Origin: Gemmata obscuriglobus
GTDB taxonomy: Bacteria > Planctomycetota > Planctomycetia > Gemmatales > Gemmataceae
DNA length: 32,000 nucleotides
Reading direction: 5' to 3'
NCBI RefSeq assembly: GCF_008065095.1
Contig: NZ_CP042911.1
Coordinates: 600,001-632,000 of the forward strand
Positions 23,531 to 31,550 of this stretch are shown here, piece by piece. The translations under genes were made by a program, and so were the position numbers. Position 1 is the stretch's first letter. Every line of letters begins with the position of its first letter. Under the pieces are notes generated by a model. The model was not told where the DNA came from. It did no database searches and worked only from the letters and a program-made list of their open reading frames with translations.

Positions 23531-25345
23531 ATGTCTGCTCGCCCCTGGGCCGGGTTGCTCACGATCGGGTTTTTCGTCCTCGTTGGTTACGGCCCGGTCA
23601 GCGCGCAGCCCGAGCCGCCCAGGACCGGCACCGCACCGCTCGAAGCGCCGAAGGCCGACGACGCGGACCGGCTCCTCATCGATTTCGTGACCGGTCCGGG
23701 CACGTTCAGCGAGAAGGCGTTCACCAAGGGCGAGTACAAGTACGCCCGGACCGCGTTCACCAAGTACTTCGAGGCCAAGCACGGCCCGGCCATGCGGTCC
23801 GCGCTCGGCGCAGATGCGGATTCCCTCTTCGCATGGCTCGACAAGAACCGCGAGGTGAAGGAGACGCTGCTCACCGCCATCGACCCCGCGTTCGACGACC
23901 CGGGTAAGGTAATTCGTGTGTTCCGCGAGCTGTGGCAGGCCGACCCTGAGGCGGTGCGCAAGAGCGACGAACTGGCGACCGCCGTTTCGGTCGTGTGGGA
24001 CGACCCGCGGGCGCCCTACGACTACCGCGGGCACCAGGTGCGCACCCGCAGCGTGCTGCCCGACGGGGTCATGAAGGTCGGGACGCTGGACAACTTCAAA
24101 TACGTCCTCGACCGCCAGTCGCGGCTGAAGGGGCCGCAGACGCAGCTCCCGTGGGAGTTCCTCGTCCACGTGGTGAACAACCGCACGCCGGTCGCCGAGC
24201 GCGACTGGGCGGTCGGCAAGTACCTGTCGCGCCGGTCCGGGATCGGCACCGTCTATAAGGACATCGTGTACGACACCGAGATGCTCCGGACGCAGTCGCG
24301 GGTGTGCAAGCTGAACGACAAGCCGTACACGCTGGAGAGCATCCTGAAGCACGGCGGCGTGTGCGCGATGCAGGCGGACTTCGCCGCGCGGGTCGGCAAA
24401 TCGCTCTTGGTGCCGGCGGAGTACGTGGGCGGGGAGGCCAACTCCGGCGTGCTGCACGCGTGGGTGATGTGGGTCGAGGTCAAGGCCGTTCAGAAAGAGG
24501 CCGTGACGTTCACGCTCGAATCGTTCGGGCGCTACCAGGGCGATCACTACTACGTCGGCACGCTCCGGGACCCGCGGTCCGGGAAGCAAACGACCGACCG
24601 CGAACTGGAGCGCCGGCTCACCGCGGTCGGCAACGCGCCGCTGAGCAGCCGGCACGCGGACCTGCTCATGCGCGCGTTCCCGCTGGTGCGCGACGCCAAG
24701 CAGTTGACCACGAAACAGCAGCTCGCGTACCTGAACAAGGTGCTGGCGGTGTACCCGATGAGCGGGGAGGCGTGGCTCGAACTGGCGGCCCTGCACCGCG
24801 ACGGCAAGCTGACCGACGCCCAGGAGGCCACCCGGCTCGTGAACCAGGCGGCCACGGTGTTCGCGAAGTTCCCGGACTTCTCGTGGCAACTTGTGGACGA
24901 ACTGCTCACGCCGCAGAAGGACAAGCAGTACCGCACCCAGATGTTCCTGAAACTCGCGACCGCTTACGAGAACCTCGGGCGCCCGGACCTGGCCTGCGAG
25001 GCCCGGCTGAAGCTGGTCGATTACCAGACCGACGCGAAGGACCACAAGAAGGCGTTCGACGGGCTGGCGCTCACGGTGCGCAAGTTCCCGGACGAGGGCC
25101 GGTACGTGCCGCGCATGGTCACCCGTATGCAGGAGGTGTCGAAGGACATCAAGGGCGGCGACGCGCTGATGACGAAGTTCTGGCTGGAGATCCTGCCGAA
25201 GGTGCCGCCGCGCCGCGGCGACGAGGTGAGCGCGTACTGCGTGAAACTGCACGAGCAGGCGGTGGCGTACCTGAAGGAGGCGAACCGCTCGAAGGAAGCG
25301 GCACAGGTAGAGCAGAGCCTCGCGAAGGTGAAAGGCGGCCGGTAA
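23531..25345 (+). CDS. Secreted transglutaminase-like (papain-fold) protein with a helical, TPR-like C-terminal half
   Basis: Signal peptide 'MSARPWAGLLTIGFFVLVGYGPVSAQ'. Transglutaminase-core pattern 'HGGVCAMQADFAARVGKSLLVPAEYVGGEANSGVLHAWVMWVEV' (Cys ... His-Ala-Trp). The C-terminal ~220 aa are helical repeats. Confidence 0.8.
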   Translation: MSARPWAGLLTIGFFVLVGYGPVSAQPEPPRTGTAPLEAPKADDADRLLIDFVTGPGTFSEKAFTKGEYKYARTAFTKYFEAKHGPAMRSALGADADSLFAWLDKNREVKETLLTAIDPAFDDPGKVIRVFRELWQADPEAVRKSDELATAVSVVWDDPRAPYDYRGHQVRTRSVLPDGVMKVGTLDNFKYVLDRQSRLKGPQTQLPWEFLVHVVNNRTPVAERDWAVGKYLSRRSGIGTVYKDIVYDTEMLRTQSRVCKLNDKPYTLESILKHGGVCAMQADFAARVGKSLLVPAEYVGGEANSGVLHAWVMWVEVKAVQKEAVTFTLESFGRYQGDHYYVGTLRDPRSGKQTTDRELERRLTAVGNAPLSSRHADLLMRAFPLVRDAKQLTTKQQLAYLNKVLAVYPMSGEAWLELAALHRDGKLTDAQEATRLVNQAATVFAKFPDFSWQLVDELLTPQKDKQYRTQMFLKLATAYENLGRPDLACEARLKLVDYQTDAKDHKKAFDGLALTVRKFPDEGRYVPRMVTRMQEVSKDIKGGDALMTKFWLEILPKVPPRRGDEVSAYCVKLHEQAVAYLKEANRSKEAAQVEQSLAKVKGGR

Positions 25346-25347
25346 CC

Positions 25348-26643
25348 GTGTCGCCGGACCTGGAATCGCTGCTGGCCGCAGTCGTCGCCAATCCGGGCGA
25401 TGACACGGCCCGGCTCGCCTATGCCGACTGCCTTCAGGAGCACGGAAACGAACCCCGCGCGGCGTTCATCCGGCTCCAGGTGGAAGCGGAACGCCTGCAC
25501 CCGTACTCGAACGCCCGCGCCGCGCTGGAGGCACGGGCGCAAGCGCTGTTCAAGCGGCACTGGGTCGAGTGGTGGGGTGAGGTGTGCGCGGCCGTCGGGT
25601 TACCAACCGGCGGCCCGCCGGGCTACCGCGCGGCGGGGGGCGCCGCACTCGTGCCCCGACGGTCGCCCGGCGACGGCGCCCTACCCCGTGACCAGTGCCC
25701 GATCACCTTTCGCCGCGGGTTCCCGGAGGCGGTGTCGGTTCCGGCCCTGGCGGCCGGTCCGGGGCCGTGCGGTTCGTACCTCGCGCGCTGGGCCGCGGTC
25801 TCCCCGCTGACCGAACTCGTCGCGGTCGGCGCGGCACGCGAACCGCGCTACCAGTGGCCCGAGGGGGAGCACCTCCGCACCGTGCGGCGCCTCCAGATCC
25901 GCCAGCACAGCGTCGATACGCTCCGCGCCGCACGCGACTCCCCGCACCTCGGCGCGCTCGAGCACCTGACCCTGCACGCGAGTTGGGCGATTCAGCCGGC
26001 CGTCGTGGCGGGTTCGCTCGCGTTCGAGGTCGCCGCCGCGCACGCCCCGCGCCTGCGGCACCTCTCGGCGCCGATCCGGCCGAACCGCGTCGCAGAGATG
26101 TTCGCTCGCGCCGAACCGTTCGCGGCTCTAGAATCGCTCGACCTGGAACTCTTTTCGCCGCCGTGGTACGAGAGCGATCAGGCGGAACCGCTACGGACCT
26201 TCGTCGAGTCACGGCACGTGTCCGGGGTGCGTCGATTGGCATTTCACATGTTGGACAACTCCGACGACCTTGCGCCGTTGCTCCAATCGCGCGCCTGGGG
26301 CCGCCTCCGTGCCTTGGACATCGATTTCGGGAACGCGCGGAACCGGTTCGGTGTGCTCCGCCGGGGCAACGATCTCACAGGCCTCAAAGAGCTTCGCCTC
26401 GCCGGCGTCTACCTCACTGCTGAAGCGGTACGCGACCTAGCCGCCGCGCCACTGCTCAAGCGCGTGAAGCACTTCGCCCTGTTCGGCGCGTACGAGAACG
26501 GCCGAGCGCTGCTGCCGCTGGTGGACGCTGTCGACCCGGACCGGATCGAGACGTTCGCGATCGGGGTGTCGCACTTCCCGGAGAGGGCTGCTAACGCGCT
26601 CCGAGCGAAGTTCGGCGACCGCGTGCGGTTCCTGGAGAGCTGA
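25348..26643 (+). CDS. TIGR02996-type (repeat-companion) N-terminal domain protein with leucine-rich-repeat-like C-terminus
   Basis: GTG at 25348, 2 nt after the upstream TAA (25343-25345), in frame within track ORF 24304..26643. 'LLAAVVANPGDDTARLAYADCLQEHGNEPRAAFIRLQ' and 'FRRGFPEAV' are shared with the 28551 paralog. The C-terminus has RNI-like leucine-rich units (LRHLSAP..., LESLDLEL..., LRALDIDF..., LKELRLAGVYLT...). Confidence 0.8.
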   Translation: MSPDLESLLAAVVANPGDDTARLAYADCLQEHGNEPRAAFIRLQVEAERLHPYSNARAALEARAQALFKRHWVEWWGEVCAAVGLPTGGPPGYRAAGGAALVPRRSPGDGALPRDQCPITFRRGFPEAVSVPALAAGPGPCGSYLARWAAVSPLTELVAVGAAREPRYQWPEGEHLRTVRRLQIRQHSVDTLRAARDSPHLGALEHLTLHASWAIQPAVVAGSLAFEVAAAHAPRLRHLSAPIRPNRVAEMFARAEPFAALESLDLELFSPPWYESDQAEPLRTFVESRHVSGVRRLAFHMLDNSDDLAPLLQSRAWGRLRALDIDFGNARNRFGVLRRGNDLTGLKELRLAGVYLTAEAVRDLAAAPLLKRVKHFALFGAYENGRALLPLVDAVDPDRIETFAIGVSHFPERAANALRAKFGDRVRFLES

Positions 26644-26644
26644 C

Positions 26645-26860
26645 TCACGCCGCGATGCGAAAGGGGCCGATCACCGTCGCGCTGGGGTCTCGCGCCAGGC
26701 TCGCCAACTCGCGCCGGGCCTGCATCAGCACCAGGCTCACGGACGACTCCGGCCCCAACTGCTCAATCATCAGTGACAGGTACTCGGCCGCCCAGCGGGC
26801 CTCCGAGATGTCGATGGCAACAGCTTCGGGGAGCAGAACGGACGGGTTGGTAACGATCAT
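26645..26860 (-). CDS. Hypothetical small protein (71 aa)
   Basis: I prefer ATG 26860 (MIVTNPSVLLPEAVAIDISEARW...) over the track's TTG at 26866, because AAGGAGG (complement of 26870-26876) lies 9 nt upstream. GC-rich third positions. Its stop is 1 nt from the convergent TIGR02996 gene's stop. Confidence 0.6.
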   Translation of the reverse strand: MIVTNPSVLLPEAVAIDISEARWAAEYLSLMIEQLGPESSVSLVLMQARRELASLARDPSATVIGPFRIAA

Positions 26861-26901
26861 GGCCAAGAACCTCCTTGTTCTTCAGCAATCACACAAGCTG
26901 A

Positions 26902-26931
26902 ATTATGGGGCGCCCGGCAAACACGATTCAA
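26902..26931 (-). promoter_or_regulatory. Sigma-70-like promoter candidate for the 71-aa ORF
   Basis: Read on the minus strand: TTGAAT (26931-26926), 18 nt, CATAAT (26907-26902). This is about 25 nt upstream of the SD. It lies in the AT-richer divergent gap 26861-27148. Planctomycete promoter rules are poorly known. Confidence 0.3.
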
Positions 26932-27148
26932 CCCCAATATTTTCACGCTGCATGTCCGGTCGCTGCAAAACCTTTCTTCGCTCATGTCTTTTTCATTTTT
27001 CCGCTTGACACTCACGATTCTCATCGGATACCAATAATCGTTGCTCTTCATACTCGCGGCCGATCGTTCGAGAATTTGGGTCGATTCGCCCGCTCACCGG
27101 TCGCCACGCGGTCCGGGCTCATCCCCATTTGGCGACCCGGAGTCGCGC

Positions 27149-28039
27149 ATGTCGTTACCTACAACCCGCATTCGGCCGCCGTCGAAACGGGGGGCGTTCA
27201 CGCTCCTCGAGTTGATTGTGGTGGTCGCCATCATCGCGGTTCTCATCGGGTTGCTGCTGCCCGCGGTACAAAAGGTGCGTGAGGCGGCCGCACGCATGAC
27301 GTGCGCCAACAACCTCAAACAGATCGGGCTGGCCGTCCACGGCCACCACGATGCGACCGGCCGGTTCCCGCGCGGCGGGATGCACGTGTACCCGCCGGGC
27401 GCCCCGTCGAGCGCCGACCCGCACGCCCCCAGCCCGCAGGCCCGCGAAGCGAGCTGGAGCTGGGCCTACTTCATCCTGCCGTACCTCGAACAGGACAACC
27501 TGTACAAGAACGGCGACCCGGACACCGTCCGGCGCACGCCGGTGAAAGTGTACTACTGCCCGCAGCGGCGGACGGCGGCGACGGTGAACGGGACGGCAAA
27601 GATCGACTACGCGTGTAACGCCGGCGGCTCCAGCAGCGGGTACGGAACCGACGGGGTGATTATGAAGACGCACTACGGAACGATCCGGCTGGCCGACGTC
27701 ACCGACGGAACGAGTACCACGGTTCTGGTGGGGGAGAAGCAACTGAACGCGGCGGCGTTCGGGACCAGTACCGACGACAACGAGTCGTACTGCACGCCAG
27801 GGTGGAACGGGGACTGGGAAGTGTACCGCACCGGGTTCGCCCCTCCGGCATCGGACGTCCGGAACCCGGAGCAGACGGTCGCCCCGTCGCACGTGTTCGG
27901 CGGGCCGCGGGTGAGCGGGTTCGGTGCCGTGTTTTGTGACGGTTCGGTGCGGTCGATTCGGTACTCGATCGCGCCCGCCACCTGGACCAAGGCGTGCGTC
28001 CGCAACGACAACGAGGTGATCAACACGAGCGAGCTGTGA
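27149..28039 (+). CDS. DUF1559-family protein with a prepilin-type N-terminal cleavage/methylation signal
   Basis: ATG 27149, in frame in track ORF 27041..28039. '[56 protein letters not shown]' is the standard G|FTLLE pseudopilin signal plus DUF1559 signature. C-terminal '[11 protein letters not shown]'. Confidence 0.9.
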   Translation: MSLPTTRIRPPSKRGAFTLLELIVVVAIIAVLIGLLLPAVQKVREAAARMTCANNLKQIGLAVHGHHDATGRFPRGGMHVYPPGAPSSADPHAPSPQAREASWSWAYFILPYLEQDNLYKNGDPDTVRRTPVKVYYCPQRRTAATVNGTAKIDYACNAGGSSSGYGTDGVIMKTHYGTIRLADVTDGTSTTVLVGEKQLNAAAFGTSTDDNESYCTPGWNGDWEVYRTGFAPPASDVRNPEQTVAPSHVFGGPRVSGFGAVFCDGSVRSIRYSIAPATWTKACVRNDNEVINTSEL

Positions 28040-28157
28040 TGGCCGTGCGGGAGCGGCCCGACGCTGCTATCAGACCGAACGTACGTCTGCTACGATACCC
28101 AAGCACGCCCCTCGCCGACGCGGGCGCCCGAGCGACCTCCCGTGAGGTTCCCGAGCT

Positions 28158-28538
28158 ATGACCCCGGACGAATGTAAGCAACTCGTTTCGACCATTAACG
28201 ACCGGGTGACGCAACTCCTCGAACCGTACGGCATCGCGGTGTCGTACACCACCGGCGCCGGGCGCAACATCGCCGAGTTCGCGTTCCGCATCCCGGCGAG
28301 CACACCGGCCGACAAGTCGCAGCCCGGGAAGTGGTCCGAACTCGTCCTGTATCTCGACGCCCACGAGTTGCAGCACTACGTCACGAACGCCGAATGCCTG
28401 GACAAGTTGCCGCGAACCTGGGCCGATGTGATTGCGGGCTACGCTCCGGAACTGTTCGAGTCGGCCCCACTACCGACCGCGGCGGAAGTGGACTGGCGGC
28501 CCACCGAGATGATGCCCGAGGACTTCGGAGCGGCTTGA
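28158..28538 (+). CDS. Hypothetical protein (126 aa)
   Basis: Non-repetitive acidic protein (MTPDECKQLVSTINDRVTQLLEPYGIAVSYTT...). GC-rich third positions. Ends 12 nt before the next start. No motif recognised. Confidence 0.6.
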   Translation: MTPDECKQLVSTINDRVTQLLEPYGIAVSYTTGAGRNIAEFAFRIPASTPADKSQPGKWSELVLYLDAHELQHYVTNAECLDKLPRTWADVIAGYAPELFESAPLPTAAEVDWRPTEMMPEDFGAA

Positions 28539-28550
28539 GCATCACACACC

Positions 28551-29225
28551 ATGAGCGATGAAGACGCCCTTCTGGCGGCGATCGGGGCGCAACCGGACGA
28601 AGACACGCCGCGACTGGTCTACGCGGATTGGCTCGACGAGCACGACCGCGCCGAGCGCGCCGAGTTCATCCGCCTCCAGTGCCTGCCGGACGCCGGTGAG
28701 GCGCAACTGATGCGCGAGGCCGAGTTAGAAGAGCGGAACCGCGGGCGGTGGCTCACCGACCTTCGGGTACCGCAGTTCGCCGAGGCGCAGTGGGCGTTTC
28801 GGCGAGGCTTTCCGGAGGCGCTGGCAGCCCCGATCGAGCCGTTCCTGGACCGGTACAAACGGCTCGCCGCGCTGCCCTGGGTTCGGAGCCTGTGCCTGCG
28901 CGTGACGGCGCACTACCCGGTCGCCGATTTCTTGGAGCGACACTGGAACCCCGGCTGGGGCGAACTCGAACTGTGGGCCGAGCGGCCCGTCGGCCTGGCG
29001 CGGGTGGTCGACGCCGTGGCACACTCCCCGCGGCTCCGCCAGCTCCGCGCACTCCGGTTCACCCGGTTCGACTTCTCGCCCTGGGTGGTGGACCTGCTCA
29101 ACGCCTCCTCGCACCTCGACGGCCTGAACCTGCTCGGCGTTCCCGGCGACCAAAACGCACCACTGTTCGCCCCGCTCCGCTACCGGCTCGGCGCGCGGCT
29201 CGTCGGCGCGGCGGGCGCGCGGTAG
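28551..29225 (+). CDS. TIGR02996-type (repeat-companion) domain protein, short form
   Basis: 'MSDEDALLAAIGAQPDEDTPRLVYADWLDEHDRAERAEFIRLQ' and 'FRRGFPEAL'. The leucine-rich C-terminus is shorter than in the 25348 paralog. Confidence 0.85.
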   Translation: MSDEDALLAAIGAQPDEDTPRLVYADWLDEHDRAERAEFIRLQCLPDAGEAQLMREAELEERNRGRWLTDLRVPQFAEAQWAFRRGFPEALAAPIEPFLDRYKRLAALPWVRSLCLRVTAHYPVADFLERHWNPGWGELELWAERPVGLARVVDAVAHSPRLRQLRALRFTRFDFSPWVVDLLNASSHLDGLNLLGVPGDQNAPLFAPLRYRLGARLVGAAGAR

Positions 29226-29228
29226 CAC

Positions 29229-29999
29229 TCAGCCCGCCCGCCCCAGAACGTACCGCCCCGGGTCCACCTCCGTGCGCAAGATGTGCAACTGTTCCGCGTT
29301 CGGCTCGACGGTCGTGCCGAGCGGGTCGCACACCTCGAGCGCGAAGCCGGTCGCGGCGCGAACCTGATCGAGCGTTTTGCCCGGGTGCAGACTCCGCACC
29401 CGCATCCGCCGCGACTCGGGGGCGAAGTCCAGCACGCACAGGTCGGTGATGACGCGGTGCGGGCCGGTACGGGCCGGCAGCCCCGCGGCCTCCCGCGCGC
29501 CGGGGCCGGTGAGGTAGCCGGGCGTGGTGAGGAAGTCGAGCTGCTCCACGAACTTCTTCGCGTCGTGCTTCATCACGATCAGCGTCTTCCAGCAGAACGA
29601 CGCGAGGTCGTTGGCCCCGCCGCTGCCGGGGAGCCGAACCTTGGGGCGTCCGTGCGGGCCGATCACCGTAGAGTTGAGGTTGCCGTGCGGGTCGATCTGG
29701 GCGCCGCTCAAAAACGTGTAATCGACCAGCCCCCGCTGGCAAAACTGCATCACGTCGGCCATCGAAGTCGCGAGCACGGCCCGGTGGAACGTGGTGCTGT
29801 CGCCGACGCTCACCGGCATCGTGGGGAGCAGCGGCGCGACCCCGCCGGCCTCGAACATGATGACCAGATTGGGCGCGTGGGTGCGCTGCGCCAGCATCGC
29901 GGCGGCGCAGGGCAACCCGGTGCCTACCGCGACGGTTTTCCCGTCCTCCAACTCGCGGGCCGCGCAGCAGATCATCAGTTCCATCGGGCTGAACGACAT
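29229..29999 (-). CDS. CoA-transferase beta subunit (3-oxoacid / glutaconate CoA-transferase B family)
   Basis: I use ATG 29999 (MSFSPMELMICCAARELEDGKTVAVGTGLP...) inside the 880-aa track ORF. 'VIMFEAGGV', 'GAQIDPHGNLNSTVIG' and 'LPGSGGANDLA' match the family. The upstream 624 codons are antisense to the desaturase and not protein-like. Confidence 0.8.
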   Translation of the reverse strand: MSFSPMELMICCAARELEDGKTVAVGTGLPCAAAMLAQRTHAPNLVIMFEAGGVAPLLPTMPVSVGDSTTFHRAVLATSMADVMQFCQRGLVDYTFLSGAQIDPHGNLNSTVIGPHGRPKVRLPGSGGANDLASFCWKTLIVMKHDAKKFVEQLDFLTTPGYLTGPGAREAAGLPARTGPHRVITDLCVLDFAPESRRMRVRSLHPGKTLDQVRAATGFALEVCDPLGTTVEPNAEQLHILRTEVDPGRYVLGRAG

Positions 30000-30122
30000 A
30001 ACCGAGCCCTTCGGGTACCCGGGGAGAGGTGAATTCACACTGACGGAATTGCACGCGGGTATTATTCTGACTACACCCCCGCCGGCCCGCAACAACTCGC
30101 GCCCAGTCCTTGAGGGTACTTC

Positions 30123-31118
30123 GTGAGTACGGTTCCCGCTTCGAACGCCGCCCCCACCCCGCCCGCCACAGGCCCGGCCGCGCCCGCGGCCCCCGCGGCG
30201 AGGGCCCGCAAGCGGCGGGTGTTCTGGTTCGTCGCGGCCATCGTCGCGATGCACCTGCTGGTGCCGCTCGCGTTCCTGCCGTACACATTTGTGTGGTGGG
30301 GCATCCCGGTCGTGCTGGTCGGGAACTTCATCTTCGGCTCGCTCGGCATCAATCTCGGCTACCACCGGATGCTGACGCACTCCGCCGCGAAGTTCCCGAA
30401 GGCGCTGGAGCGGTTGTGGGTGCTGTGCGGCGTGTGCAGCCTCGAAGGGTCGCCGCTGTGGTGGGTGTGTACGCACCGCATCCACCACCAGCACAGCGAC
30501 GACGAGGGCGACCCGCACAGCCCGCGGGAGCACTTTTACTGGGGCCACATGGAGTGGATCTATACCGCCGACGAGCGGCGGCAGAAGCTGGACACCTACG
30601 CGCGGTACGTCCCGGACCTGATGGGCGACAAGTTCCTCCGCTGGCTGCACCGCGGCGAGAAGTGGCTGCTCGTGTGGGCGGCGCACGTGGCCGCGCTCGC
30701 CGCGCTCGGGTTCGGCGCCGGGTTCCTGTTCTCCGACACGGCCGCGGGGGCGGTGCAGTTCGGGGTGCAGTGGTTCATGTGGGCGGTGGTGGTACGGACG
30801 GTGTACGTGTGGCACATCACCTGGCTGGTGAACTCGGCCGCACACCGCTGGGGCTACCGGAGCTACAACACCGGCGACCGCAGCACCAACAACTGGGTCG
30901 TGGCGCTGCTCACGAACGGCGAGGGGTGGCACAACAACCACCACGCCGCGCCGCGGGCGTGCTCGCAGGGGCACCGGTGGTGGGAGCTGGACCTCACGTT
31001 CACCTTCGTGCGCGCGCTGCAGCTCGTGGGGCTCGCGTGGAACATTGCCCCGGTGAAGGTGCCCAAACACATCGCCGCCGGGGCGAAGAGTGACACCCCG
31101 GGCGAGCGCGGGGAATGA
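30123..31118 (+). CDS. Membrane fatty-acid (acyl-CoA/acyl-lipid delta-9-type) desaturase
   Basis: Three histidine boxes: 'HRMLTH', 'HRIHHQHSD' and 'HNNHH'. Hydrophobic helices at the expected positions. GTG start. Confidence 0.85.
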   Translation: MSTVPASNAAPTPPATGPAAPAAPAARARKRRVFWFVAAIVAMHLLVPLAFLPYTFVWWGIPVVLVGNFIFGSLGINLGYHRMLTHSAAKFPKALERLWVLCGVCSLEGSPLWWVCTHRIHHQHSDDEGDPHSPREHFYWGHMEWIYTADERRQKLDTYARYVPDLMGDKFLRWLHRGEKWLLVWAAHVAALAALGFGAGFLFSDTAAGAVQFGVQWFMWAVVVRTVYVWHITWLVNSAAHRWGYRSYNTGDRSTNNWVVALLTNGEGWHNNHHAAPRACSQGHRWWELDLTFTFVRALQLVGLAWNIAPVKVPKHIAAGAKSDTPGERGE

Positions 31119-31245
31119 GTCCCGGGGCGCTCGTCGGCGTGCCCGCCGTACCCGCCCGGTGCGTTTTGGCATACCGCGTGCATTATGTGCTTTCGGCATG
31201 GCAACCCCGGCGGTGTCAGCGGGACACCGTCGGAGGCTTGGGCGG

Positions 31246-31290
31246 AACGAGCCGTCGGGGGTGGTCCCCGGCGGCTCGTTTCTTTTTATT
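31246..31290 (+). terminator. Intrinsic terminator downstream of the desaturase
   Basis: aacgagccgtcgggg (31246-31260) pairs with ccccggcggctcgtt (31266-31280): 15 bp including one G-U pair, loop gtggt, followed by tctttttatt (31281-31290). Confidence 0.7.
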
Positions 31291-31550
31291 GGCATTTCAA
31301 GCGTTTTCGGCGTGCGGGCCGCGGTCCAAGCTGTGGCCGCCGGGCGCAGCGGGTCTGAGCGGGAGGCGCTCAGACTGGTTGGCGCCCGGTCACCGTAACC
31401 CCACGGCGAACGCGGCTCGGGACACGGCCGCGGAAAAAAATTCTGACCCGCCGGGGCGTCGGACCAGCGCTCCGCGAACCGGTATAACAACCCCTCTCCC
31501 TCCAAATCAGCCCTGGAGCCGCAGCGCCGCGCCAGCGGTCGGAGGTGCGT

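Noticed and set aside
27005-27040. TTGACA at 27005-27010 as the -35 box for the DUF1559 gene
   Set aside because: No acceptable -10 hexamer lies 16-18 nt downstream (ATACCA/TACCAA). The nearest AATAAT is 22-24 nt away.
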